Assembly (NCBI GenBank): GCA_963822445.1
Contig: CAWGHO010000003.1
Span: 1,120,001 to 1,184,000, forward strand
Reading direction: 5' to 3'
Source: an uncultured Acidobacteriota bacterium
Lineage (GTDB): Bacteria > Acidobacteriota > Thermoanaerobaculia > Gp7-AA8
Length of the DNA: 64,000 nucleotides
Notes under the pieces: model-generated
The model's database searches: none
What the model saw: only the letters and a program-made list of their open reading frames with translations
What the model was told of the DNA's origin: nothing
In this document: positions 1-10,084 of the stretch, piece after piece
Layout of the letters: each line of letters starts with the position of its first letter
How positions within the stretch are numbered: position 1 is the stretch's first letter
Made by a program: the position numbers and the translations under genes

Positions 1-112
1 CATTCCACGAGGAGTGCGCCGATACCGCTCCATAGAGGACGCGAACGCGGACAGAGATCGCTGGGAACAACTGCGCGTCGACCGCATCCGCGCGCGGAAC
101 GAGCGCAAATAG
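1..112 (+). CDS. 3' end of a small hypothetical protein (partial)
   Basis: Frame from nt 2 reads IPRGVRRYRSIEDANADRDRWEQLRVDRIRARNERK* with TAG at 110-112. Confidence 0.55.
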   Translation, partial: IPRGVRRYRSIEDANADRDRWEQLRVDRIRARNERK

Positions 113-130
113 GTGTCGTTGCCACTCTCT

Positions 131-163
131 TTGAGACTTTGCGACTCTGAGACTCTGAGACTC
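131..163. repeat. Short tandem 8-nt repeat (tgagactc-like, ~4 units)
   Basis: ttgagactttgcgactctgagactctgagactc in the intergenic region. Confidence 0.6.
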
Positions 164-183
164 CACAAACAGAAAGCCAACCA

Positions 184-1377
184 TTGGATTACAAACGCCT
201 CCTCACCCAGGTCGAGCGCACGCTCGAGGCCATCGACACTTCCGAGTCGAACACCGTCACGGTCTCGCAGATCGCCGAAACCATCGCCACGAATTTCCGC
301 GAAGAGCTGGGGATCACCGGCGGGCGGGTTTATGAGAATCGCGATGATGCGTACGAGCTCGTGGCGCGGTTCGGTGAGGACCATGAAGGGGAGCTGGGGA
401 TCACAGTGCCGCGCGAGTACCGGCCGGTCGAGCTCGCGCTCGAGAACGGCATCGTGGTCATGGACCCGAGCGATCCCGGCTTCGATCTCGCCCTCGAACA
501 GAAGCTCGGCGCGCGGCGGTTCTGCGCGATCTCCGTCGGCGACGAGGACTACATCATCGCCTTCAACGTCTCCCCGTCGCTCGTTCGCGAGGACATCCTC
601 TTCTCGCTGAACCTCATCCGCTACGCGATCAACAATCGCATCCGCACGCAGTGGTACGAGTCGCTGATCGTCGAAGCGCAGCGCATCCAGCAGTCCATCC
701 TGCCGCAGCGCATTCCGCAGTACGCCGGCTACGACATCTGGGGCCGGACCGTGGCCGCGGAAGTGGTCAGCGGCGATTTCTACGATTTCATCCCCGTCTC
801 CGACAGCATCCTCGGCCTCGCCGTCGCCGACGGCTCCGGCCACGGACTGCCGGCGGCGCTGGTCGTACGCGATGTGTACATGGGCCTGCGCATGGCCACC
901 GATCGCGATTTCAAGATCGTGCGGACGGTGGAGAAGCTCAACCAGATCATCCACCGCGGCCGCCTGACCACGAAGTTCGTCTCGCTGTTCTACGGCGAGC
1001 TCGAAACGGGCGGAATCCTCATCTACTGCAATGCCGGCCACAATCCGCCGTTCCTCCTCCGCGCGAACGGCAAGACCGAGTTCCTTCACTCCACCGGACC
1101 GGTCCTCGGACCCACTCCCGACGCCACCTACACCCGCGGGTTCGCGAAGCTCGAGCCGGGCGATCTGCTCTGCCTCTACTCCGACGGCATCATTGAAGCC
1201 CACGACAAGAAAGATCGTGAATTCGGGACCGATCGCCTCGTCCGTCTCGTCAAAGCGAGCCGCCAGCGCACGTCGAGCGAGATCGGCAAAGAAGTCCTGG
1301 CCAAAGTGAAGGAGTGGGGAAGGGCGGCCGAAGACGACCGGACCATCGTCATCGTGAAGGCCGTTCCCGTCAGCTGA
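184..1377 (+). CDS. PP2C/SpoIIE (RsbU-like) protein phosphatase with N-terminal GAF-like domain
   Basis: Motifs VSGDFYD, VADGSGHG, NAGHNPP, YSDGIIEA, DDRT; TTG start. Confidence 0.9.
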   Translation: MDYKRLLTQVERTLEAIDTSESNTVTVSQIAETIATNFREELGITGGRVYENRDDAYELVARFGEDHEGELGITVPREYRPVELALENGIVVMDPSDPGFDLALEQKLGARRFCAISVGDEDYIIAFNVSPSLVREDILFSLNLIRYAINNRIRTQWYESLIVEAQRIQQSILPQRIPQYAGYDIWGRTVAAEVVSGDFYDFIPVSDSILGLAVADGSGHGLPAALVVRDVYMGLRMATDRDFKIVRTVEKLNQIIHRGRLTTKFVSLFYGELETGGILIYCNAGHNPPFLLRANGKTEFLHSTGPVLGPTPDATYTRGFAKLEPGDLLCLYSDGIIEAHDKKDREFGTDRLVRLVKASRQRTSSEIGKEVLAKVKEWGRAAEDDRTIVIVKAVPVS

Positions 1378-2234
1378 TGCCGGACGTCCTCTACTTCAAC
1401 GGCCGGTTCACCACGACCGACGAGCGCGTGCTGACGGTCGAGGACCGCGGCTTCCAGTTCGCCGACTCCGTTTATGAGGTCTACAAGTTCATCGGCAAGC
1501 GGCCGATCTTTCTCCTCGATCACTTCGAGCGGATGCAGCGCGGCCTCCAGGAGATCGAGATCCGCTGCCCGTGGGACGAGACCTCGTTCAAGGAGACGTC
1601 GCGGGAGCTGCTGGACCGCACGTCCTTCGATGATGGCATCGTCTACATCCAGGTCACGCGCGGCGAAGCTCCGCGGACTCATTTCTGGCCGGAGAACGTC
1701 GCGCCGACGGCCGTCGCTTACTCGCGTAGCTTCAAGTTTCCCGATGCGACGAAGAAAGAGCTCGGAATCAAAGCGATCACTACGCGTGATCTGCGCTGGA
1801 GCGCCTGCCACGTGAAATCGACGAACCTGCTCGGTAATGCGATGGCCAAGAAAGAAGCGCAGCGCGGGGGAGCGGAGGAGGCGATCCTGCTCGCGGACGA
1901 CGACCGCACCGTTCGCGAAGGCGCGAGCTCGAGTTTCTTCGCGGTGAGGGGCGGCCGCATCGTCACGCACCCGCTCGATGAGCACATTCTTCCCGGCGTC
2001 GTCCGCGATCGCGTGATCGGCCTGGCCATCGCCGCGAAGATCCGCGTGGACGAGCGCCCGCTGCGCGAAGCGGAGCTGTTCGATCTCGACGAGGCCTTCA
2101 TCACCAGCACGACTCAGGGGGTCATGCCGGTGACGGAGATCGACTCGCGGGTGATCGGGAACAGCAGGCGCGGCGAGATCACCACGGAGATTCAGCGGCT
2201 GTTCGACCGGCTGGAATCGTCGTCAGCGGGCTAG
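1377..2234 (+). CDS. dat: Class IV aminotransferase, D-amino-acid transaminase-like
   Basis: EDRGFQFADSVYE, YIQVTRG, VKSTNLL, EGASSS, ILPGVVR, EAFITST; ATG overlaps upstream TGA (TGATG). Confidence 0.8.
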   Translation: MPDVLYFNGRFTTTDERVLTVEDRGFQFADSVYEVYKFIGKRPIFLLDHFERMQRGLQEIEIRCPWDETSFKETSRELLDRTSFDDGIVYIQVTRGEAPRTHFWPENVAPTAVAYSRSFKFPDATKKELGIKAITTRDLRWSACHVKSTNLLGNAMAKKEAQRGGAEEAILLADDDRTVREGASSSFFAVRGGRIVTHPLDEHILPGVVRDRVIGLAIAAKIRVDERPLREAELFDLDEAFITSTTQGVMPVTEIDSRVIGNSRRGEITTEIQRLFDRLESSSAG

Positions 2235-2479
2235 TGCCGCTGATGCCGGCGGGAAAACGGTCCGGACACGCCCAGGTTCTCCCGCGCGGTCACGATGAAC
2301 CAGATTCCGCACGCCGCCGACGCGGCCAGACAAACCTGCATCGCCCGATCGAGGATTGCTGCCGCGGCCCACGAATCGACCACGAACCAGACGAGCACCA
2401 CGAGCGCGCTCACTGCGTAGGTCACGCCGAGCGCTGCAAGAACGACATTGCCGCTGCGAGAGCGAATCACCATTCTCAC
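2231..2479 (-). CDS. Small membrane protein (2 TM)
   Basis: Two hydrophobic segments; GAGGAGGG Shine-Dalgarno upstream of GTG. Confidence 0.65.
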   Translation of the reverse strand: MRMVIRSRSGNVVLAALGVTYAVSALVVLVWFVVDSWAAAAILDRAMQVCLAASAACGIWFIVTARENLGVSGPFSRRHQRH

Positions 2480-2542
2480 GTCGCACCCTCCTCTGAAATT
2501 GAGGATTGAGTATACACCTGGGCGGAGTTAAGGCAGGGTCGC

Positions 2543-3283
2543 TCAGTCGGAGATGATGTCGCCGAGGATTCCGTTTCCGAGGCCTGCCAGGCCGCGGGCT
2601 TCGCCGCGGTTCGCGCCGGCTGCCGCGGCCACGCGATTCGCGAAACGGCTGAAGGGGAGGGTCTGCAGCACGACGTGTCCCGGCCCGGTCAGCACGGCGA
2701 AGAACAGCCCCTCGCCGCCGAACAGCGCGTTCTTGAATCCGCCGACGTACTGGATGTCGTAGCGGACGGACTCCGCCATCGAGACGATGCATCCCGTGTC
2801 CACGCGCAGTTGCTCGTTCGGCGCGAGGTCGAACTCGAGCATGTTCCCGCCGGCATGCAGGAAAACGAGTCCGTGGCCGGAGAGCTTCTGGAGGATGAAT
2901 CCCTCGCCGCCGAACAGACCGGCCCCGAAGCGCTTGGTGAAGGCGATGGAGAGGTCGATGTTCCCGATGCCGCAGAGGAAGGCATTGCGCTCCGCGAGAA
3001 CGGTGTTGCCGCGCAACTCGATGGGGAAGATTTTTCCGGCGATCGGATTGGCCAGGGCCATCTTGCCTTCGCCGGCGTGGCAGCGGAAAACGCTCATGAA
3101 CATCGACTCGCCGGCCAGGAACTTCCGCATCAGCCCTTTGACGATGCCGCCCTGCATTTTGGCCTGCAGCTCGACACCGTTGCCCATGTACAGCATCGAC
3201 CCGGCCTCGGCGAACAGCTCCTCGTTCTGCCTGAGCGTGACCTGCAGCGCCTGCATCACATCGCCGACGATTTTGTAATCCAA
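2543..3283 (-). CDS. AIM24 / TIGR00266 family protein
   Basis: DYKIVGDVMQ, AEAGSM, GLFGGEGFILQKL, VDTGC, LTGPGHVVLQTLPFSR; start reassigned to TTG 3283 behind a GGAGG SD. Confidence 0.9.
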   Translation of the reverse strand: MDYKIVGDVMQALQVTLRQNEELFAEAGSMLYMGNGVELQAKMQGGIVKGLMRKFLAGESMFMSVFRCHAGEGKMALANPIAGKIFPIELRGNTVLAERNAFLCGIGNIDLSIAFTKRFGAGLFGGEGFILQKLSGHGLVFLHAGGNMLEFDLAPNEQLRVDTGCIVSMAESVRYDIQYVGGFKNALFGGEGLFFAVLTGPGHVVLQTLPFSRFANRVAAAAGANRGEARGLAGLGNGILGDIISD

Positions 3284-3322
3284 TGTTCGACTTCCTCCGC
3301 CGAGCGATTGTATCTTGCGGTC

Positions 3323-4000
3323 ATGGACGTACAGGGGCTCATTGACGAAGCAGAAGACGCGCTCATCGACGGCGAACTGGAGCGCGCGCAACGCGCCGGC
3401 GAACGGCTGCTCGACGCACGGCACGTACGCGGGTTCGAAGTGCTGGCGCGGGTGCATCAGCAGCGCGGCGATCTCGCCGCGGCGATCGCCGTGGTCGAGG
3501 ATGGAGTCGCGAAAGCCGCACGCGCGTGGCCCCTTCGCCTGCTCCTCGGCGAGCTCCGCTCCGAGAACGGCGATTACGACGCGGCGCTCGAGGCCTATGA
3601 CTCGGCGGCCGCCATCGAAGGCGCGGACATCGACGAGATTCATGTGAACGCCGCGATCGTGCTCCATCGCGCCGGCCGTTACGAGGAAGCGTTGAAACGG
3701 CTCGATCGCGCTCCGGGCGAAAGCGATGAGACGGTCTTCGCCGCCGCGCGTGTGCGGGCCGACGTTCTGAACCTGCTGGGCCGTCCCGACGAAGCGATCG
3801 CCGCCGCGGAGGCGGGCCTCGAGCATGTGACCGACGACATCGATACCAGCGACGTGGCCGAGCTCTACACGTCGATGGCCAAAGCATCGTTCATGAAGGG
3901 CGATCGAAAGGAAGCGTCGCGGCGCGCGCGTGAGGCGCTGGCCCTCGATCCCGAGGACGCGACCGCGCGCGGCATCCTTCGCGAGCTCGAAAGGCGTTGA
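3323..4000 (+). CDS. Tetratricopeptide repeat protein
   Basis: Repeated helical TPR patterns (G-D-Y-D-A-A-L, ALALDPED); start reassigned to ATG 3323 with TATCTT 6 nt upstream. Confidence 0.8.
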   Translation: MDVQGLIDEAEDALIDGELERAQRAGERLLDARHVRGFEVLARVHQQRGDLAAAIAVVEDGVAKAARAWPLRLLLGELRSENGDYDAALEAYDSAAAIEGADIDEIHVNAAIVLHRAGRYEEALKRLDRAPGESDETVFAAARVRADVLNLLGRPDEAIAAAEAGLEHVTDDIDTSDVAELYTSMAKASFMKGDRKEASRRAREALALDPEDATARGILRELERR

Positions 4001-4851
4001 TGCGCCAGACGGTCTCGGAGGCGCAGGCGCTGCTGGACGCGCTCGCGGCGGTGTTCCCCGATTCCTCGAAGACCACGTTGCGCCAGATGCTTCAGGCGGG
4101 CCGCGTCCGCGTGAACGGCGAGATCGAAAAGAACGCGCGACGCGAGCTCGAGCCCGGCGACGCGATCGACATTGGCCAGAAAGCGGTGCAGCTCACACTG
4201 CCGCCTGGACTGGCGATTCTTCATGAAGACGAGGACCTGATCGTCGTCCTCAAATCGCATGGCCTGCTCACCGTGGCCACCGAGCGCGAGCGCGATACGA
4301 CGACGCAGGCCTACCTGAACGACTACCTCAAGCAGAAAGGCGAGGAGCGCATCCACGTCGTGCATCGCCTGGATCGCGAGACCTCGGGGGTGCTCGTGTT
4401 CGCGAAGAACTTCGAGACGCGCGAGACGCTGAAGAATCAGTTCGCCGCGCACGACGTCGACCGCGTCTACGTCGCCATCGTGGAAGGAGAGATGGATCCG
4501 CCGCGCGGCACGATCGAGTCCTACCTGCGCGAGCGCCGCGACCTGCGCATGGAAAGCGTGAAGTCCCATCCGGACGCGAAGCTCGCCGTGACGCACTACC
4601 GCACCATCCAGACGAAGAAACCGTACTCGATGCTGGAGATCACGCTGGAGACGGGCCGGAAGAATCAGATCCGCACGCATCTGTCGGAGGCTGGGCATCC
4701 GGTGGTCGGTGACCGGATGTACGGCAGTACCGTGAATCCGATCGGACGGTTGGGGTTACACGCGAAGTTGCTGGGGTTTGATCATCCGACGACGGGGAAA
4801 CACGTGGTGTTCACGGCGCCGATCCCTTCGGCGTTCAAGAAGGTGTTTTAG
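4000..4851 (+). CDS. RluA-family pseudouridine synthase with S4 domain
   Basis: HRLDRETSG catalytic motif, LETGRKNQIRTH, GHPVVGD, LGLHA. Confidence 0.92.
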   Translation: MRQTVSEAQALLDALAAVFPDSSKTTLRQMLQAGRVRVNGEIEKNARRELEPGDAIDIGQKAVQLTLPPGLAILHEDEDLIVVLKSHGLLTVATERERDTTTQAYLNDYLKQKGEERIHVVHRLDRETSGVLVFAKNFETRETLKNQFAAHDVDRVYVAIVEGEMDPPRGTIESYLRERRDLRMESVKSHPDAKLAVTHYRTIQTKKPYSMLEITLETGRKNQIRTHLSEAGHPVVGDRMYGSTVNPIGRLGLHAKLLGFDHPTTGKHVVFTAPIPSAFKKVF

Positions 4852-4857
4852 CGAAGC

Positions 4858-4945
4858 TCTGGACTGCGGTAGCGCAGCTACCGCTCTGACTTGCGGCGGC
4901 AGAGCCGCCGCGTAGAGAGCGGCAGCTCTACTGCCGCAGTCCAGA
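4858..4945. repeat. REP-like nested palindromic element between convergent genes
   Basis: Terminal IR tctggactgcgg/ccgcagtccaga plus internal hairpins gcggtagc-gca-gctaccgc and gcggcggc-aga-gccgccgc. Confidence 0.75.
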
Positions 4946-4946
4946 A

Positions 4947-5933
4947 CTAAACGAAGCTCACCGAGAGTTTCGAGCCTTCCTCGCGATAAATCGTGTCGAC
5001 GAACCGGATCACGTTCGACTTCAGCGACATGAACAGCGAGGAAACGCGGATGCCGCCGCCGAAGAAGCGCACGCCGCGGAGGAGGTCGCCGTCGGTCACG
5101 CCGGTCGCGACGAAGATGATGTCGTTGCCCGCCGCGAGCTCCGCGGTGTCGTAAACGCTGGTCATCGTCCTTGAAGCCCATGGCCTTGAGGCGGTCTTCC
5201 TGCCACTTCTCCAGGGGCTTGAGCTTTCCCTGCATGCGGCCGCCGAGGCAGCGCATGGCTGCGGCGGTGAGGACGCCTTCCGGCGCGCCGCCGATGCCCA
5301 TCGCCGCGTGCACGCCCGTGCCGCGAACGGCGGCGGCGATGCCGGCGGAGAGATCGCCGTCCGTGATCAGCTTGATGCGCGCGCCGGCCTCGCGGATCTG
5401 GGCGATGAGGTCGTGGTGGCGCTCGCGGTCGAGGACCACGATGGTCAGCTCGTCGACGTCGCGCTGGAAGGCCTCGGCCATCTTGTTGCAGGTTCTCTTC
5501 GACCGAGGCGTTGAGGCTGACGAAGTCGGCGGCGGTGGGGCCGACCACGATCTTGTCCATGTAGATGTCGGGCGCGTTGAGCAGGCCGCCCTTCTCCGAT
5601 GCGGCGATGATGGCGATCGAGTTCGCGCGAGCCGGTCGCGCAGAGGTTCGTCCCTTCCAGCGGATCGACGGCGATGTCGACCTCGGGGTAGATCTCGCCT
5701 TCCGTCCAGCCGCGGCCGAGCGGCTCGCCGACGTAGAGCATGGGAGCCTTGTCGCGCTCACCCTCGCCGATGACGACGGAGCCGCGCATCTTGAGCTTGT
5801 TCAGCTCCTCGCGCATGGCCTCGACCGCTACCTGATCGGAGTATTTGCGCTTGCCGTAACCCATCGTGCGCGCCGCGGCGATGGCCGCCTTTTCAGCCGC
5901 GCGCAGAAAACCGACTTCGAGACTCGATTCCAT
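4947..5933 (-). pseudogene. glpX: Class II fructose-1,6-bisphosphatase split by three single-base frameshifts (~5627, ~5485, ~5166); possibly assembly errors
   Basis: GlpX motifs [55 protein letters not shown] spread over four ORF pieces. Confidence 0.88.
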
Positions 5934-5976
5934 GTTGCTCCGTTCTTTTTCCGGGGGTGTTTTTGCGGCGTGAACT

Positions 5977-6777
5977 CTAGCAGATCGCTCGCACGATCTC
6001 CGCGCCGATCGCGGCGACGCGGCCGTCCTCGTCGCACGACGGATCGAACGATGCCAGCTCCAGCGCGACGATCGTGAAGCGCCGCCTGGCGATCTCGATC
6101 ACTCGCAGAATGTCCTCCGGCGACAGCCCTCCGTCGGCGGCGTACTCGTTCGCGCGGCCGTGGCGGGGATCGAGGACGTCGAGGTCGACGTGCACGAGCA
6201 GGCGATCGGCTTCGAGCTGCATCGCGCTCAGCCAGCGATCGAGGTTCGGCTCGGTGAGGGTCTCGGGCTCGAGCAATGGAACGGCGTTGGCCATCAGCTC
6301 GTCGCGCTCGCCGGGGCTGTAGTCGCGCGAGCCGATGAGCATCGTCCGCGACGGCGGCAGGGGACGAAACCAGGGGATCGACGCGGCCATCGATTTCCAG
6401 CACCGGCCGGTGAGGATCGAGAGAGGCATGCCGTCCAGGAAGCCGCTGGTGGTCGTCTCCGGCGTCATGAACTCGCCGTGCGCATCGAACCAGATCACGG
6501 CCAGCTTCTCCGTTCCGAGTCCCGCGGCGAGACCGTTGATCGCGCCGCAGTTGCCGGAGAAGACGACCGGGAAATCGCCCGCAGCGACGCACTCGTGAAC
6601 GGCGTTGGCGAGCTTCGCGTAGAGCTCGAAGGCGGTGCCGATTTCCTTCGTGAACGGGGAGTCGGATTCGATGGACTCAGGCTCGATGCCGAGGACCTCG
6701 GCGAGCCGGAGCGGGCCGGCGCCCATGCGGGCTCCGCGATGGCCGGAGTCGTACGGGACGGTGAAGTAGCGAATCAT
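5977..6777 (-). CDS. Arginase/ureohydrolase family protein
   Basis: [40 protein letters not shown]; start set at ATG 6777. Confidence 0.85.
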   Translation of the reverse strand: MIRYFTVPYDSGHRGARMGAGPLRLAEVLGIEPESIESDSPFTKEIGTAFELYAKLANAVHECVAAGDFPVVFSGNCGAINGLAAGLGTEKLAVIWFDAHGEFMTPETTTSGFLDGMPLSILTGRCWKSMAASIPWFRPLPPSRTMLIGSRDYSPGERDELMANAVPLLEPETLTEPNLDRWLSAMQLEADRLLVHVDLDVLDPRHGRANEYAADGGLSPEDILRVIEIARRRFTIVALELASFDPSCDEDGRVAAIGAEIVRAIC

Positions 6778-6932
6778 TTGGTCGGGGCCTCGGAAATCGG
6801 CACGCTGCATGCCACGGACAAGAGTGGCAACGGGGTCATCTTACAGCCGCCAAAAAACGCGGTAGACTCCGCCGGACAACGGGCCGGGAGCCATGATGTG
6901 GCACGCGCCGCCCGCATAGGAGAAAGGAAAGC

Positions 6933-7391
6933 ATGGCTTCCAAAGTTTTCGTGGGGAATCTGAATTTCAAGACTACGCGTGAGGAGGTCGAATCGCTTTT
7001 CACGCAAGTCGGCAAACCGCGCGACGTGTTTCTCCCGACCGAGCGCGAGACGGGCCGCCCGCGCGGCTTCGCTTTCGTCGAGTTCGAGACGGAAGAGGAA
7101 GCCAAGGCCGCCATCGAGCGCTTCAACGGATACGAGATGGGCGGCCGTGCACTGCGTGTGAACCTCGCTGAAGACCGTCCTCGTGGCGGTGGTGGCGGCG
7201 GCGGACGCGGATTCGGCGGCGGCGGTGGTGGTGGCTACGGCGGCGGCGGTTACGGCGGCGGCGGTGGCGGCTACGACAAGGACAGCGGTGGCGGCGGCGA
7301 CTGGGGCGGCGGCGGTGGTGGCTATGGCGGCGGTGGCGGCAAGAGCAAGGGCAGCCGCCGGAACATCCGCGCCAAGAAGCGCGCCCTCTAA
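6933..7391 (+). CDS. RRM RNA-binding protein with Gly-rich C-terminal tail
   Basis: RNP2 VFVGNL and RNP1 RGFAFVEF; AGGA SD. Confidence 0.93.
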   Translation: MASKVFVGNLNFKTTREEVESLFTQVGKPRDVFLPTERETGRPRGFAFVEFETEEEAKAAIERFNGYEMGGRALRVNLAEDRPRGGGGGGGRGFGGGGGGGYGGGGYGGGGGGYDKDSGGGGDWGGGGGGYGGGGGKSKGSRRNIRAKKRAL

Positions 7392-7409
7392 CTCAAATCG
7401 ACGAAACGT

Positions 7410-9113
7410 TTACTGAGCGGCGGCGAAAGCTGCCGCTCTTTTTGTTTCGGTGACTACCGGCGCATCCATCGGCGGAAGCGTCCATCCTTCCAGCCACCCG
7501 CCCACGCTCGAGGGAATCAGCAGTCGATTGCGCTTGCGATCGAAGGCGATGCCGGACGGTGTCGCGGATTGCGCGAACAGCGGTTTGAGCTCCCCGGTCG
7601 TCCCTACATGCAGCGCGTCGTCGTGGCGACTGCCCACGATCACCGTGCCGTTCGGCAGCACGGTCAGGCCGTCGAAGTCGCCCGGTCCGCGCAGCACGGC
7701 CTTGACGTGATGGCCCGGTTGCCAGGCCACGATCTCGTTCCCGTACGCCTGGGCGACGAGGAAGCGCGTGCCGTCCCAGGCGATGCCGGTGGGGGAGTGC
7801 AGCTCCTCGCCGTGAATCGCGACCTCGACGTCGCCGTCGCGCTGGATCCTGAAAATGCGGCCATGCCCTTCGCGGACGCGCTCGCGGTTGCCTTTGATGC
7901 GGACGTCGCTGTCGGTGACGTAGACCGCGTCGTCGATTCCCGTGGCGATGTCGTTGAGGAACACCGCGCCGTGGGGAGCGAGATCGATCGTGCGGATGTC
8001 GCGGCCGGTCACGCGATCGAAGACGCGAACCACCGTCGCGTCGGCGACCCACAATTCACTGCCGTTGATGGCCATGCCGTTCGGCGCGTTCAGATCCTTG
8101 ATGAACTCGCGATTCAGCACGCGGCCGTCGGGGGAGACGCGGGCGATGAACCCTTTGCCGGACACGAGGTAGATGTCCTGCGCTTCATCGTGCACGACCG
8201 CTTCCGCACCGAGAAGATCGTGCGTCTCGAAGACTTTCGCCAGAATCGCGCGCGTCAGTTCCGATGAGCCGCTGGACGTCATCGCCATCGGCGTCGATGT
8301 GAGCCGGTAGATCGATCCGCGCTCGTCGGCGACGAACATGCGTGAGAAGCCCGTGAGTGTCGCTCCATCGACGGTGGCGACGGTTTCCACCGCGCCCGGT
8401 TTGCCGTCATCGAAGCGGATCTGCACGACCGAGTCGCGCGCCACACCGAACGCCAGCGATCCGCTCTCGTCGAAGCTCAGAGCGGACGGCGCGTTCTTCG
8501 CGACGGCCGGCTCGTTCTCGTAGTTGAGACCATCGCCGATGCGATTGAGCTCCTCGCCATCCGCGGCCCAGAGCTCGCCGGTCTGCGGATGCCAGGACAA
8601 ACCGCGAAGGTCGCGCAAACCGCGCGCGTGAATGCGGCGGCCCGCGCCACTCGCATCGAGTTGCAGCAGCGTTCCGTGCTCTCCGACACCGATGTAGAGC
8701 TTTCCGTCCGGTCCGACACTGATGATGCGGCGCGGATTCGTTCCGGAGTCGGGCAGGTCATTCAACACCGCGCGCGCCGCGCCGAATGAACCATCGGGCA
8801 AACGATCGGCGGCGACGATCTGCCTGGTGCCAGCGACGAACAGCGTCCGCCCGCGCATCGCCAATCCATGAGCGCCTTCGATGGAGGAGACCGCGGTTCG
8901 AATCTCGTCAGCCTGTCCATCGCCGTCACGATCGCGAAGGGAGATGACGTCGAACATCGTCGGCCGGCTGACCAGCACCGTTCCGTCTTCGAGAACGAGA
9001 ATCGCGCGCGCTTCGCCGAGGTCGCGCGCGAACGGCGCGACGTGAAGCGGCTCGGCGGAGAGATTGGTGGTTGCGAGAAGGATGAGTACTGCCAGCGATT
9101 GCCGCATCGTCAC
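7410..9113 (-). CDS. Secreted two-domain beta-propeller protein (sorbosone/PQQ sugar dehydrogenase-like plus SMP-30/gluconolactonase-like)
   Basis: Signal peptide; DRDGDGQADE, HARGLRDLRGLSWHP.TGELW, then LNAPNGMAI, FLNDIA, PSGIAFD; GTG overlaps the rpsD stop. Confidence 0.7.
   Translation of the reverse strand: MTMRQSLAVLILLATTNLSAEPLHVAPFARDLGEARAILVLEDGTVLVSRPTMFDVISLRDRDGDGQADEIRTAVSSIEGAHGLAMRGRTLFVAGTRQIVAADRLPDGSFGAARAVLNDLPDSGTNPRRIISVGPDGKLYIGVGEHGTLLQLDASGAGRRIHARGLRDLRGLSWHPQTGELWAADGEELNRIGDGLNYENEPAVAKNAPSALSFDESGSLAFGVARDSVVQIRFDDGKPGAVETVATVDGATLTGFSRMFVADERGSIYRLTSTPMAMTSSGSSELTRAILAKVFETHDLLGAEAVVHDEAQDIYLVSGKGFIARVSPDGRVLNREFIKDLNAPNGMAINGSELWVADATVVRVFDRVTGRDIRTIDLAPHGAVFLNDIATGIDDAVYVTDSDVRIKGNRERVREGHGRIFRIQRDGDVEVAIHGEELHSPTGIAWDGTRFLVAQAYGNEIVAWQPGHHVKAVLRGPGDFDGLTVLPNGTVIVGSRHDDALHVGTTGELKPLFAQSATPSGIAFDRKRNRLLIPSSVGGWLEGWTLPPMDAPVVTETKRAAAFAAAQ
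7415..7447 (+). terminator. Intrinsic terminator of the RRM gene
   Basis: gagcggcggc-gaaa-gctgccgctc followed by tttttgttt; lies within the last codons of the convergent gene. Confidence 0.8.
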
Positions 9114-9724
9114 CGCGAATAGAACTCGACGATGAGACGGTCATCGACGGGGATGGGGATTTCCTCCCGGTCGGGGACTTTCACCAGGCGACCCGTCATG
9201 GTGTCGCGGTCGAGCTCGAGGTAAGCCGGCGGAAGGATGCCGCCGCGCTCGGCCCATACGGCCATCTGGCGACTGCGCTTCATCCGCTCGGTGAGTGTGA
9301 TCGTTTGGCCGGGCCGTACTTCGTATGACGGAATGTCGACCCGTTTGCCGTTGACCAGCACGTGCCCATGCGCGACGAGCTGCCGCGCCGCCCAGATGGT
9401 TGGGGCGAGGCCGAGGCGCGCGACGACTGCGTCGAGGCGCTGCTCGAGGATCTGCAGGAGATTCGTACCGGTCGGTCCCTGCCGCCGTGTAGCTTCGGCG
9501 ACATAGCGGCGCATCTGCCGCTCCGCGATGCCGTAGAACGCGCGCAGCTTCTGTTTCTCATTGAGCCGCGAGCCATACGCGCCGATCTTGCCGCGCCGCG
9601 CCCGCGCACCATGCTGTCCGGGCGGGTTCGGCCGCTTTTCGAGGATGCGCGCGTACTTCGGCGATGAGGCCAGCAGCACCCCGAACCGGCGCATGACTTT
9701 CGCCTTCGGTCCTCGGTATCGCAT
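9110..9724 (-). CDS. rpsD: 30S ribosomal protein S4, cysteine-free type, stand-alone
   Basis: MRYRGP, PPGQHG, EKQKLR..YG, LEQRLD, ARQLVAHGH..VNGKRVDIPSY, IVEFYSR. Confidence 0.95.
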   Translation of the reverse strand: MRYRGPKAKVMRRFGVLLASSPKYARILEKRPNPPGQHGARARRGKIGAYGSRLNEKQKLRAFYGIAERQMRRYVAEATRRQGPTGTNLLQILEQRLDAVVARLGLAPTIWAARQLVAHGHVLVNGKRVDIPSYEVRPGQTITLTERMKRSRQMAVWAERGGILPPAYLELDRDTMTGRLVKVPDREEIPIPVDDRLIVEFYSR

Positions 9725-9765
9725 TGACCCGAATAGTGCGAAGGGTGTGCCGGGGGAGGGGGCAG

Positions 9766-9838
9766 AAGGCGCAAAGGCTCAAGGGCGCAAAGGCTCAAAG
9801 GTCTGACAACTTCCTTGAGCCTTTGAGCCTTTGAGCCT
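9766..9838. repeat. Hairpin built from 8-nt tandem units (aaggctca / tgagcctt)
   Basis: aaggcgcaaaggctcaagggcgcaaaggctcaaagg...ccttgagcctttgagcctttgagcct. Confidence 0.75.
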
Positions 9839-10058
9839 ACGGCTTCCTCAGCGGGTCCTTCCTTCGATCCGCGGGGTCGCCTTCCTCCCAGAGAAAGTCG
9901 CGGTCTTCGACGTCGAACGCGTCCTCCGTATCGGAGCGGTAGCCGGTGGGCGGGCGGTCGTCGCGGCCGCCGAGGGGGATGCCGCGGCCTTCGCCGCCGT
10001 CCACCGTTCCTTCGGTGGAGTCGTCGTCTGTGGCGGGCTTCTTCTTTCGTCCGGACAT
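9837..10058 (-). CDS. Small acidic hypothetical protein
   Basis: 73-aa ORF co-oriented with the XRE gene, GC-rich third positions; no motif recognised. Confidence 0.45.
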   Translation of the reverse strand: MSGRKKKPATDDDSTEGTVDGGEGRGIPLGGRDDRPPTGYRSDTEDAFDVEDRDFLWEEGDPADRRKDPLRKP

Positions 10059-10084
10059 GGACAGAAATCAGTGCAAAACGTGCG

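Noticed and set aside
5160-5635. Programmed ribosomal frameshifting in glpX
   Set aside because: No slippery sequences or homopolymer runs at the three sites; three independent events would be implausible
7183-7340. GGC-rich repeat as a DNA repeat element
   Set aside because: It simply encodes the Gly-rich tail of the RRM protein
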